A stretch of 64,000 bases of DNA from Pseudomonadota bacterium (GCA_041184525.1 JBEGJP010000317.1:5093-69092), one strand, 5' to 3'. Positions 37,057-46,127 are shown, counted from the first letter of the stretch. Made by a program: numbers and translations. Notes: a model not told the origin generated them from the letters alone.

Positions 37057-38142
37057 TCAGGGCAATGAGGTGTTTTCTGGTTGGGGGCGGAGGCGGGATT
37101 GGCCGTACCAGAATTTGCGATCGTTTTTCCTCTGCAATGCCGACAGCGCGAGTCTTTCCAAAAACTGCGGGTAAGAGAAACCGCCCGCTTCGGCCATTTT
37201 CGGGAGCACACTATAATAGTAGGAGAGGCCGGCCAGCGGATTTGCTTCCAGCAACAGGGGCTCACCCTGTCTGTTCAACTTCCAGTCGAATCGGACGAAG
37301 TCGTTGAAGCCGAATTGCTTCTGCATTGTATGCATCGCTTGGAAGATGACACGTTCACAGGAGTCGCCGAGTTTTGGAAAGCTCACCTTTTCTTCCATCA
37401 CATCCTTGCTCTTGTTGGCCAGACCATAGACCCCTCCGGGGACTTCAATTTCAGCAATCGGCAAAAACGTCATCGGCTCAGTGCCGATGAATCCAGATGT
37501 GAGTTCACGTCCTTCAAGCAATTCCTCAATCAGGATGCCATCAGGAAATTGCTGCAGAAGAAGCCGGCAGAGTTCTTTGCTTCGAGAAGGTGAACTCCCG
37601 ACTGAGGCCCTGCCGTCGATTCCCATTCCTGATCCTTCACAATCCGGTTTGATAAAGTGAGGTCGTTCGAGAAACGCCAGCGGCAATGCGTCAACGTCTC
37701 CCTCGCTTTTGACGAGTTTGGCTTCCGGTGTCGCAACTCCAAAGTTGCGACAGAGAATTTTGAATGAGCTTTTTTTCATCGCGACGCACTGGGCATAGGG
37801 ATCGCTTCCGATGTAGGGGACGCCGCTCAATTCGCACAGAGCAGGGATCCAAGATTCGCGCGAAGGAGTTCCCCATCCTTCCACAACGCTGTGCACCAAA
37901 TCGAATGAGGTGTGTTGCTGCGCCCATGCATTAAGGAAAGATGGGTCCAATGGAAATTTTTGCACTCTGCATCCCAATAACTTCCATGTGTCGGCAATCC
38001 GTTCGATGGTCTCGGCAGTTTCCCACTCGGCTTCGGCATCAGGATGAAAGGCATGCTCTGAAGTACGGACCAGTTTCTCCGGCAGATCGTAGATGAGTGC
38101 AATGGAGATGTTGTTGAGTGGTTTGAGTGAAATCTTTTTCAT
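37057..38142 (-). CDS. ATP-grasp enzyme of the D-alanine--D-alanine ligase family (substrate unknown)
   Basis: It has a Ddl-like N-domain and an ATP-grasp core (HFIKPDCEGSGMGI, ILIEELLEGRELT, FDWKLNRQGEPLLLEANPLAG). Confidence 0.7.
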   Translation of the reverse strand: MKKISLKPLNNISIALIYDLPEKLVRTSEHAFHPDAEAEWETAETIERIADTWKLLGCRVQKFPLDPSFLNAWAQQHTSFDLVHSVVEGWGTPSRESWIPALCELSGVPYIGSDPYAQCVAMKKSSFKILCRNFGVATPEAKLVKSEGDVDALPLAFLERPHFIKPDCEGSGMGIDGRASVGSSPSRSKELCRLLLQQFPDGILIEELLEGRELTSGFIGTEPMTFLPIAEIEVPGGVYGLANKSKDVMEEKVSFPKLGDSCERVIFQAMHTMQKQFGFNDFVRFDWKLNRQGEPLLLEANPLAGLSYYYSVLPKMAEAGGFSYPQFLERLALSALQRKNDRKFWYGQSRLRPQPENTSLP

Positions 38143-38270
38143 ATGAAATGTAAGTCCTCATGCTCGGAAAGTTGCGTGTAATTTTTGAATTGTCGTTTGC
38201 GTTGCAAACTTGACGTCGATTCATTCCATTCCTTTTTGAAGTCGATCCGAGATCGTTCAAATCGATGATC

Positions 38271-38318
38271 AAAAAAAAAACAAGATTGGATCACTCAAAT
38301 GCTACCAATTTTTTTTTT
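38271..38318. repeat. A10 and T10 homopolymer tracts separated by 28 bp, upstream of the H1-like gene
   Basis: A10 is at 38271-38280 and T10 at 38309-38318. Coordinates were cross-checked against track ORF ends at 38272 and 38328. Confidence 0.9.
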
Positions 38319-38385
38319 CGTGGTTTATCATTCGGACAGACATAAAAATTGAGACAGTCCATTTTTAAATTGAAAGGAGAATGGG

Positions 38386-38847
38386 ATGACAGAAGTGAAG
38401 AAGGCGCCTGCAAAGAAGGTGGCGAAAAAAGCTCCGGCTAAGAAGGCTGCTGCCAAGAAAGCTCCAGCTAAGAAGGCTGCTGCCAAAAAAGTTGCGGTGA
38501 AGAAGGCTGCTGCTAAGCCTGTCGCCGCGAAGAAGCCTGCTGCCAAGAAGCCCGCAGTCAAGAAAGCTGCTGCGAAGAAACCTGCAGCCAAGAAAGCAGT
38601 TGCCAAGAAACCTGCAGCCAAGAAGGCCGCCAAGAAAACAGCGAAGAAGCCTGCTGCCAAAAAGAAAGCAGCTAAGAAATCAGCTCGCAAAGCCGGCAAA
38701 AAGGCATCTGCAAAGAAAGCGTCTTCCCCCAAGAAGCGCGGCCGTCCCAGCAAGCTTGAAAAGCTCCGTCAAACCATCCGCCGCGGTCGCCCTCGCAAAA
38801 CTGCGAAGTCTGACGCTGCGTCCATGTCTGAAGCTGGACAGCTCTAA
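38386..38847 (+). CDS. Histone-H1-like lysine/alanine-rich protein with two C-terminal AT-hook (RGRP) motifs
   Basis: The sequence is [25 protein letters not shown]..., then PKKRGRPSK and RRGRPRK. AAAGGAGAA lies before the ATG. Confidence 0.8.
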   Translation: MTEVKKAPAKKVAKKAPAKKAAAKKAPAKKAAAKKVAVKKAAAKPVAAKKPAAKKPAVKKAAAKKPAAKKAVAKKPAAKKAAKKTAKKPAAKKKAAKKSARKAGKKASAKKASSPKKRGRPSKLEKLRQTIRRGRPRKTAKSDAASMSEAGQL

Positions 38848-38876
38848 AAGCTTTCCGCTTGGTCCTAATGGTGTAT

Positions 38877-38916
38877 AAGCCTGGCTCGAGTTCTGATTGA
38901 ACCGGAGCCGGGCTTT
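38877..38916 (+). terminator. Long hairpin between the H1-like gene and mutY (possible weak terminator)
   Basis: AAGCCTGGCTCG (38877-38888) pairs with CGGAGCCGGGCTT (38903-38915), with one G-U pair. Only a short T run follows, and the hairpin abuts the mutY ATG. Confidence 0.35.
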
Positions 38917-40059
38917 ATGATTTTAAACGACCAACATCTGCGCACTGACTCTGCTTGGATTGAAAATCTCCTGCAGTGGTATGACTCCCACAAACGCGAC
39001 TTTCCTTGGCGCAAGGAGGTCGGCATTTATCAAACGTGGATCTGCGAGGTCATGAGCCAGCAGACCACCATGGCCGTGGTTGTGCCACGTTTTGAACAGT
39101 TCATGCAGGTCTTGCCCAACGTCGAAGCTCTTGCACAGGTGTCGGATGCGACTTTGCGGGAGCTCTGGGCTGGTCTGGGATATTATGCCCGTGCGCGCAA
39201 CTTACGATCAGCAGCGCAATATCTTGTCGGTTCATGCGGTGGGCAGTTTCCGCAAACGTACGATGATTGGCTGAAAGTGCCGGGAGTTGGCCCTTATACG
39301 GCAAGTGTGATTGTCAGCGTGTGCTTCCAAGTTCCCAAAGGCTGCGTGGACGGGAACGTTCTGAGGGTGGCTGCGCGCCTGTGTGATTGTCAAAGCACGG
39401 CCCTTTGGAGTGAAACGGGACGTCAAGCAGTTCAATCGTGTGTGGATGCTGTGCTTCCGCCATCCCGTCCCGGTGATTTCAATCAGGCGATGATGGAATT
39501 GGGGGCCACTGTCTGTCAGAAACAGAGTCCTGCGTGTGTCCGATGTCCTGTTTCGTCATTTTGTCTTGCCAACCGAAATGATTCAGTGAGGCTTTGTCCG
39601 CCGCCTAAGCCGCGCAAAGCGTTTTTGGATGTTGATCTTGTTGCTTTGCGTTTGGTTTGGGAAAACCCTTCTGCCGAGGAGGAAGAGAAATTTGCATTGT
39701 TCGAGCGAACGGACGGCTTTCTCTCCGGTACGCTGGGCTTTCCTCTCTTTCGGGCTGACGAACAGTTTTCACCGGAGGCTTTTTTGCAATCGGCACTCGC
39801 ATCTCCGGAAGTCCGTTCGGCTCAATGGCATCAGGGCGACGTCTCTCACACGATCACGCGTCACCGCATCACGCTCCGCGCGCTGTCCATTCGTTTGAAT
39901 CCCCTCTGGGTTCCGGAAACAAAGGCGGAACTCATGGTCCGTCAACTGCTCAACCGTTATTCAATTCCTGCAGGTGAGCTTGTCTGGGTGTCAAAATCTC
40001 AAACGAGGCAAAGTCTCGCAACTTCGTTGGATCGCAAGATCTGGGAAAAAATGACCTAA
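38917..40059 (+). CDS. mutY: A/G-specific adenine DNA glycosylase
   Basis: It has the HhH-GPD motif (VPGVGPYTASVIV), the Fe-S loop C-x6-C-x2-C-x5-C (CQKQSPACVRCPVSSFC) and a C-terminal NUDIX-like domain. Confidence 0.88.
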   Translation: MILNDQHLRTDSAWIENLLQWYDSHKRDFPWRKEVGIYQTWICEVMSQQTTMAVVVPRFEQFMQVLPNVEALAQVSDATLRELWAGLGYYARARNLRSAAQYLVGSCGGQFPQTYDDWLKVPGVGPYTASVIVSVCFQVPKGCVDGNVLRVAARLCDCQSTALWSETGRQAVQSCVDAVLPPSRPGDFNQAMMELGATVCQKQSPACVRCPVSSFCLANRNDSVRLCPPPKPRKAFLDVDLVALRLVWENPSAEEEEKFALFERTDGFLSGTLGFPLFRADEQFSPEAFLQSALASPEVRSAQWHQGDVSHTITRHRITLRALSIRLNPLWVPETKAELMVRQLLNRYSIPAGELVWVSKSQTRQSLATSLDRKIWEKMT

Positions 40060-40148
40060 GTTTGACGAAACGCTCCAATTTCATTTCAGAAGTAAACCGT
40101 TTAGCATCGGAAGGAGAGCTTCTTACTGCGGAAAATGAGGAACGGCGC

Positions 40149-42605
40149 ATGGCAACCTCTTCCAACTTTCTTTCACCTTATATCGGTGGCCGATTTTTGC
40201 CACTGAACAAACCTGAACGGATCTTCCACACACAGAATCCCGTGAAGCCTTCGGACGTTTTGGCTGTGACAGGCTGGAATAAAGATTTGGTGGGCGAAAT
40301 TGTCGAGTCCGCCAAGCGGGCTCAGGTGCAGTTTTCGTCGCAGTCGCTCTCGTCCCGCATGCAGTTCGTCAACGCGGTGATTGCAAACCTGCGGCAGTCT
40401 GCGGACGAGATGAAGAGCCAAATGACATTGGAGCTCGGACGTTCACGCTGGGCTGTCGATCGTGAATGGGATTTGTGTGAAGAGCTTTTCAGGCATCTTC
40501 CGCGGTTTTGTTCTGAAGAACTTTCGCCGCAAAAGTCCGAGCTGGGTTGGAACTGGTCATTTGCACCTGTCGGTTTGGTTTTGCTCAGCACGAATGTGGC
40601 ATTGCCTGTTTACACTGCATTGTACAGCCTGCTGACATCCGTTGCGGCGGGCAATGCGGTTGTCTTCCGGCCATCAGCGCACTGCCCCCTTTCGGCTTCA
40701 CTTGTTGCGAGTTGCTTTCATCAGGCCAACCCTGTCCCCGGATTGCTTCAGGTTGTTTATGGCGATCTCGAGGTCTACCGCAGGCTTGTTCTCTCGCATC
40801 AGTTTGACACCATTTTTTATACGGGCGGTGAGGAATCGCTCGAGCAGCTCCGACGCGACATGTCGACGGATCAGAACGTCCGTCTTGTGCTTTGCGGCGG
40901 CGGTAAAAATGCTGCTGTCATTGCTGCCGATGCTCAACTGGAGGATGCGGTCAGCAAGGTTTTGCTGGGCGCCTGCTTGGATGCGGGGCAACGCCTCGAG
41001 TCGACAGGGCTGGTCTTCGTCGACAACAGAATTGTTGATGCTTTTGTTGAACTCTTCGTGCGCGCGGTCAAGCAGATGCCCATTGGTGTTAAGGCTGACC
41101 TTCTCGACCCAACACAGCACGTCATGGGGCCGCTTTGCAGCCAGACATCGTGGGACCGTTTTTTGCGTTTTCAGGGAATCGCATCAAGAGAGTCCAACGA
41201 AACACTGCGCTGGGGAAAAGCGATCGACAATCCGGGGGGAGGATATTTCGTTTCACCGGGAGTTCATCTGATTTCCAATGATAAGGTGAAAAACAGCATC
41301 TATGCGTCGAATCCATTCTTTGCACCCGATGTTGCCATCGTTCCGGTGGAAAGCATGGATGAGGCCGTCGCGACCATCAATGAACTCGCCAGTGCGCGGT
41401 CGGTTTCGGTCTTCTCGCAAAATGAATCGACAACCTTGAATGTGCGCAGACATTGTGTGACACCGCTGGTCTTGAACGGACAGCCCACAACGCAATTGCA
41501 TCCGCTCATGCCGACCATGGGGCGCGGCAAAGCGGGCAATTCCTGTGTGATGGGCTTACGATTTTTGCATCACACTGTTTATCCGCAAACACTCAATATG
41601 AGTCCGCTGCCCACGCCTTCAGGTCCCGCATCAGGTGAAAAAAAGCCTTTGGGAAAGAAGCAATCACCGGTCGCTAAGGCTCTTGCTGCGCTGCTCTGCC
41701 TGACAGGTGTGGCCGGAGCACTTCATCCTTGGCAACAGGCAAGCGCCGATTACAGAAAGTCAGTGGAAGGGAATGAGGTCGTCAAAGGGAAGTTCTATCC
41801 CAAAAAGGGACGCATCCAGTTCAATGGAGGCGGCGGTGCCGTCTTGAATCAATCATTCGTCAGAACCTTCATGTTCGGAGGCAGCGCGACTTATCATTTT
41901 GATGAGTGGCATGCATTGAATGTCGAAGTGTTCGCCGGAAGCACATCTGACAAGGCCGACCGCACATGCGTCGAGAATTTCTACCTTGATGCCGATTATG
42001 CCAGCCGCAACAACGACGGTTCCAAAGAAGTCCCATGTCCTGCAAATTCTCCGGGTCCGAAAGATGCGGAAGATCCGAACTTTCCCGTCGGATCGGGCGA
42101 TAAGGATCCAGCCAAAGTGAGCAGCGATCCCAAGTACTATGACAACAAAGCGCCCTTTCAAAAGAATGCGGCTTACATGCCCATCCGCGAATTGAATTTG
42201 CTCGCAAGCGCAAACTACCAATGGACTCCGGTTTACGGAAAGTCATTGTTCTTCTTGTCGCAGGTTGTTTATCTCGATTTTTATTTGAATGCCGGTTTGG
42301 GCGTTGCCATGTCCAGTTTTTATCCTCTCAAAGACAAGGTGGAGGACGAAAATGGTGTCTCCAAGCCGATGAAAGAAATCGGAACACGTGACAAAAATAA
42401 ATATGGTATAGAAGGTCGACCTGCGGCTTTGAAACAAACGAGTCCGATGGGGTCGTTTGCGATTGGCAGCCGTTTTTTTCTGGCGCGAAAATATCTGCTC
42501 GATGTGCAGCTGAAAAACTACATGATCGTGGGTGAAGACGGAAACGGCGGAACTGATTTCAGCGCGCCGCTGGCTCTCGTGGGCGGCGTCGGACTCCTTC
42601 TCTGA
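40149..42605 (+). CDS. Aldehyde-dehydrogenase-like domain (catalytic residues substituted) fused in frame to an internal signal peptide and an outer-membrane beta-barrel-like domain
   Basis: The ORF is continuous. ALDH-like blocks are present but altered: LVLCGGGKNA replaces ELGGK, DAGQRLES replaces GQxC, and NPFFAP replaces EEIFGP. From nt 41598 comes MSPLP...KALAALLCLTGVAGALHPWQQASA|DY, followed by a G/N/aromatic-rich ~280 aa. The ATG at 40149 follows GAGGA. Confidence 0.7.
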   Translation: MATSSNFLSPYIGGRFLPLNKPERIFHTQNPVKPSDVLAVTGWNKDLVGEIVESAKRAQVQFSSQSLSSRMQFVNAVIANLRQSADEMKSQMTLELGRSRWAVDREWDLCEELFRHLPRFCSEELSPQKSELGWNWSFAPVGLVLLSTNVALPVYTALYSLLTSVAAGNAVVFRPSAHCPLSASLVASCFHQANPVPGLLQVVYGDLEVYRRLVLSHQFDTIFYTGGEESLEQLRRDMSTDQNVRLVLCGGGKNAAVIAADAQLEDAVSKVLLGACLDAGQRLESTGLVFVDNRIVDAFVELFVRAVKQMPIGVKADLLDPTQHVMGPLCSQTSWDRFLRFQGIASRESNETLRWGKAIDNPGGGYFVSPGVHLISNDKVKNSIYASNPFFAPDVAIVPVESMDEAVATINELASARSVSVFSQNESTTLNVRRHCVTPLVLNGQPTTQLHPLMPTMGRGKAGNSCVMGLRFLHHTVYPQTLNMSPLPTPSGPASGEKKPLGKKQSPVAKALAALLCLTGVAGALHPWQQASADYRKSVEGNEVVKGKFYPKKGRIQFNGGGGAVLNQSFVRTFMFGGSATYHFDEWHALNVEVFAGSTSDKADRTCVENFYLDADYASRNNDGSKEVPCPANSPGPKDAEDPNFPVGSGDKDPAKVSSDPKYYDNKAPFQKNAAYMPIRELNLLASANYQWTPVYGKSLFFLSQVVYLDFYLNAGLGVAMSSFYPLKDKVEDENGVSKPMKEIGTRDKNKYGIEGRPAALKQTSPMGSFAIGSRFFLARKYLLDVQLKNYMIVGEDGNGGTDFSAPLALVGGVGLLL

Positions 42606-43714
42606 TGCCCATTCTTTTTGCTCCTCCAGTTCAGGTCGTTCCCTTCGATGCCGAACGCGGCGTGGAGCATAGGAAGGCGATGGAGGATTTCAGAGCTCAG
42701 GTTCTGTCGCTCTGGCAAACGACCTCAAAAGAGGAAATCAAACAGGGGGGCTTTCGCGGAGCTCGCATTTTGGAATGGAACCGAGACTTTGATGCGGTGG
42801 TGAAAACGTATTTTGTTTTTTCTTCGGCGTCTCAGGGCCGTCGGGGTGAAGTTGCCAGAATTGCCTCCTTGTTCAGAAAAGACAACTGCCAATTGCTCGG
42901 AAGCGTCACTGTTTGGGGCAGTGAATGGACGAATTCGCTCCCCCCTGAAACCGATAAGACCGAATTGACACTTCTAAAAAATGCGCCGGCAAGGTCATTT
43001 ACGCCGCGCAAATCTCCCGTTCGCCTCAGCACCGAAGGACAGGGGTATTGGGGAAGCGCCATGGCTTGGATCGGTGAGAGTCAGTTGGGAGAAAAATTGG
43101 CATCGGAAGGTATTGTCGTGCATTCCGATCTCTCCGGTTTGGGTTGTTTTCGCGAAGTCACAAAGCCTGCTTCTGAGCAGCCCGCGTCGCAGCCGGACAA
43201 GGCAGAGACAGCAACCTCAAGCGCGCCTGATCCTGCTGCCAGCAAACGCGCCCACCGGCAGCTCAAGATTGTATTGAGTGGTCAGCAGGGCAAACCACCG
43301 TCGGTTTGGCCTTTGACGCAAGGACATTTTTCCATTCTCTCTCTGCCATTCAATGAGCTTGCCGGTAAACAAAAACAAGAAACGATTGCACTTGCACCTT
43401 TTGCGCCGACCGCATTGGCTCGGACAATTGCTCCAAAACTTCTTCCGCTGCTGCACTCTCTCGAAGAGAAGAATATTGTCGTGAGTCAAAGAGAGGGTCG
43501 ATTCGTGACAGTCGAAAGAGGTTTGGCCTTCGGATTGCGGATTGGAATGCACCTCGTCGGTCCGGATGGAGCTCGTCTGCACGTCATTCGCTTTGCAACA
43601 CAGTCGGGTTTGGAAGATGCTGCCATCCTTCTCATCCGCACCGAGTCAAAAACAACACCGCTCGCTGCCGGTGCTCAGCTTCAGCTCGATCCCGCTGTGT
43701 ATCCTGTGCCCTGA
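42605..43714 (+). CDS. Hypothetical protein (369 aa)
   Basis: The ATG overlaps the upstream stop (TGATG). There is no signal peptide. The protein has a central S/P/A-rich linker and a C-terminal segment VTVERGLAFGLRIGMHLVGPDGARLHVIRF. Confidence 0.5.
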   Translation: MPILFAPPVQVVPFDAERGVEHRKAMEDFRAQVLSLWQTTSKEEIKQGGFRGARILEWNRDFDAVVKTYFVFSSASQGRRGEVARIASLFRKDNCQLLGSVTVWGSEWTNSLPPETDKTELTLLKNAPARSFTPRKSPVRLSTEGQGYWGSAMAWIGESQLGEKLASEGIVVHSDLSGLGCFREVTKPASEQPASQPDKAETATSSAPDPAASKRAHRQLKIVLSGQQGKPPSVWPLTQGHFSILSLPFNELAGKQKQETIALAPFAPTALARTIAPKLLPLLHSLEEKNIVVSQREGRFVTVERGLAFGLRIGMHLVGPDGARLHVIRFATQSGLEDAAILLIRTESKTTPLAAGAQLQLDPAVYPVP

Positions 43715-43715
43715 T

Positions 43716-45320
43716 TTATTCCGGTTTGCCGGGCCGCGTGCGGAGTGTTGTGTTCTGCGAAGATTTTTCTTCGTCAGCATGAAGGGCTGGGAGTGCGGGT
43801 TTTTTTAGGAATCCCAAGTTTGAAGGAATTCCAATTTGTGCCAACCGAGTTTCATACTCTTTGTCCAAACGGAGGTTTTCGAGATCTGAGTCAGACAAGG
43901 CCTGATCGCGCAGGTTCTGATTCATGAAGAGAGCAGTTTTCAGACTCTCGTAAGCCTCGAGTTTACGTCCCAGCAGACTCAACAGACAGGCTCTGTTGTA
44001 ATGATACGGCGCATGGTCGGGCTTTTGCCGAATGGCGGTTTCGAAATCCCGCAGTGCGACTTCGTATTGCAATGCCAAGTAAGACGCCTGACCTCGCGCC
44101 GAATACAGATCGTCCCTGTCGGGAGCGAGCGCTATCGCAGCAGACAGATGTTCAACAGTTTTGGGATAGTTCTTCGCATCAGTCGCAAGGAGTGCGAGTG
44201 CCAAGTGAACATCTTCGAGCAGCGGATTCTTGCTCACGGTTTTGAGCAACGCATCACCAATCAGGCTGAGCTGATTGACAGATTTGAAGGCCTCGACAAT
44301 TTGGTTGATGCGGGCTTCATTGTTCACGCTCAAAGTGAGTGCCTTTTCTGCATGAGATTTGGCGAGTTTTCTGTCTTTGTTGGCCAAATAGGCCATTGCG
44401 GTGTGGCTTTCCACTAGCGCTTGCGAGTCAGACCCCAGTGTTTTTGATTCACGCACCAGCTTTCCGAGTGCGTCGAGACGTGCACATGCTTCTTTGGTCA
44501 TGCCCAGATCGCGGTATTCAAGAATGGCCAGCTGAAGCGGACTTTCCAGTGAGTTGCCCAGTGCAATCGCTTTCAGAAATGCTGCCTTGGCTTCTTTCCA
44601 TTGTTTGTTTGCAGCAAAAGACATGGCTGCCCGATGCCAGAGCCAACGATCGGGGTAGACTTCAGCGAATCGGGCAAGAGCCTCTCCGCTTTTTTCTTCA
44701 CCGACTGATTTCACCAAAGCATTGCCAATCCAAGGAGCGAGATCCTGAAGAGGATATCCTTTCGCGAGTGCCAATTGAGCCGCTGAAAGTGCTTTGGCAG
44801 GCTCGACTTCGGCCCAGAGGCGCGCCTCGAATGCCAAGGTCTCCGTGTGGTTGGGAAATTCTTCTTTTGTTGCTGAATACAATTTGAATGCTTCCGATTG
44901 GCGTCCAATGGTCAGCAAAACTTCTACGCCGAGATACTCGCCTAACGGACTCTCCGGTGCGAGTTCTTTCACAAGTTCAGCCATCGTTACTGAACGTTGC
45001 AAAGCAGACAAACCCGCGCGGCCCAAAGTGTACTCCGTCAACCACAGCCGGCCGAGTTCTGCGTAAGCGTCAGGACAGTTGCGGCACAGCCGCGTCGCTT
45101 CAACGAGTTGTTGCTCTGCGAGTGATCTTTCTTCGGGAATTGCATTTGCCAACAAGGCACGCGCTTGTTCAACCAGTTCAGCGGCCTTCTGCGCAGTGGT
45201 GGACTGGCTCAGAATCTGGCTTGGAGCGGGAGGCATGGGATTTGCACTCGCACGCATCGCAGGCCACAGGACCAGAGTGCTCCAAGAGGCCAGTCTCAAA
45301 GACTTTTTGATCACTCCCAC
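43716..45320 (-). CDS. Secreted TPR-repeat protein
   Basis: It contains multiple TPR-like helical pairs. The GTG at 45320 (GAGG 5 nt upstream) gives the signal peptide VGVIKKSLRLASWSTLVLWPAMRASA. The track start 45473 would abut the divergent gene. Confidence 0.7.
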   Translation of the reverse strand: MGVIKKSLRLASWSTLVLWPAMRASANPMPPAPSQILSQSTTAQKAAELVEQARALLANAIPEERSLAEQQLVEATRLCRNCPDAYAELGRLWLTEYTLGRAGLSALQRSVTMAELVKELAPESPLGEYLGVEVLLTIGRQSEAFKLYSATKEEFPNHTETLAFEARLWAEVEPAKALSAAQLALAKGYPLQDLAPWIGNALVKSVGEEKSGEALARFAEVYPDRWLWHRAAMSFAANKQWKEAKAAFLKAIALGNSLESPLQLAILEYRDLGMTKEACARLDALGKLVRESKTLGSDSQALVESHTAMAYLANKDRKLAKSHAEKALTLSVNNEARINQIVEAFKSVNQLSLIGDALLKTVSKNPLLEDVHLALALLATDAKNYPKTVEHLSAAIALAPDRDDLYSARGQASYLALQYEVALRDFETAIRQKPDHAPYHYNRACLLSLLGRKLEAYESLKTALFMNQNLRDQALSDSDLENLRLDKEYETRLAQIGIPSNLGFLKKPALPALHADEEKSSQNTTLRTRPGKPE

Positions 45321-45472
45321 GAGAACCTCGTTTTTGTTGAACCCACCTGCGCGGTCGGAGGAGGGTCCAAGGCTTTGCAAATTCTCTACCTCTAGGGGAG
45401 CTATCGTCAGGAGTGGGTCTTTGCTAAAGCAAAAAAGGGAGCTCTGACTCGGGGAGCGCCAAATGTAAGGCA

Positions 45473-46120
45473 ATGGAACGAATGATACCTCTTCTCATTG
45501 AAATTTATTGGTATTTTCTCAGAGCAACAGTTCGGATGAGCATTCAAGGGCTCGACCAAGTCGATCGTGAGCTGATCGAAGGGAGGGTTCCGGTCTTTGC
45601 GGTTCCGCACCACACCATTTTTCTCAGCGTGCTCGGCTATCGCAACCGTCGGGCGACTCTTTTGGCAAGTCTGAGCAAGGACGGCGAACTTGCGGCTCAG
45701 TTCCTGCAACGCAGGGGGTTCGCATTGGTGCGGGGTTCTTCGAGCCGCGGGGGAAAAGAGGCTCTTCATGAGCTGCGTTCAGCGCTTGATTTGAAGTCTC
45801 CGGTCGCCATCACTTTCGATGGTCCACGCGGGCCGCGTCTGCGGCCAAAACCGGGAATTGCCCTCTGTGCTTGGCATGCGACAGGGGCCCTCTTCCTTTT
45901 GAAGCACACTGTCGAACCTTCGCCTTTGTTCAAAAAACCATTGTGTATCCGGTTGAAGTCTTGGGACCGCTTTGTTTTGCCTTTGCCTGGAATGAGACTG
46001 CGCGTAGAGTTTGAAAAGCTCGAATTGCCGCAAAAAGAAACCCACTCGCGCGAGGAGTGGGTTGAGAAAGCTTTGAAGGCCTTGGAAAATCGTTGTCAGT
46101 CTTTTTACGGATCCCACTGA
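45473..46120 (+). CDS. DUF374-family protein (lysophospholipid-acyltransferase-like)
   Basis: The motifs SLSKDGELAAQFLQRRGFALVRGSSSRGG, ITFDGPRGP and LKSWDRFVLPLP match my recollection of the DUF374 signature. Confidence 0.75.
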   Translation: MERMIPLLIEIYWYFLRATVRMSIQGLDQVDRELIEGRVPVFAVPHHTIFLSVLGYRNRRATLLASLSKDGELAAQFLQRRGFALVRGSSSRGGKEALHELRSALDLKSPVAITFDGPRGPRLRPKPGIALCAWHATGALFLLKHTVEPSPLFKKPLCIRLKSWDRFVLPLPGMRLRVEFEKLELPQKETHSREEWVEKALKALENRCQSFYGSH

Positions 46121-46127
46121 CGCTGCT

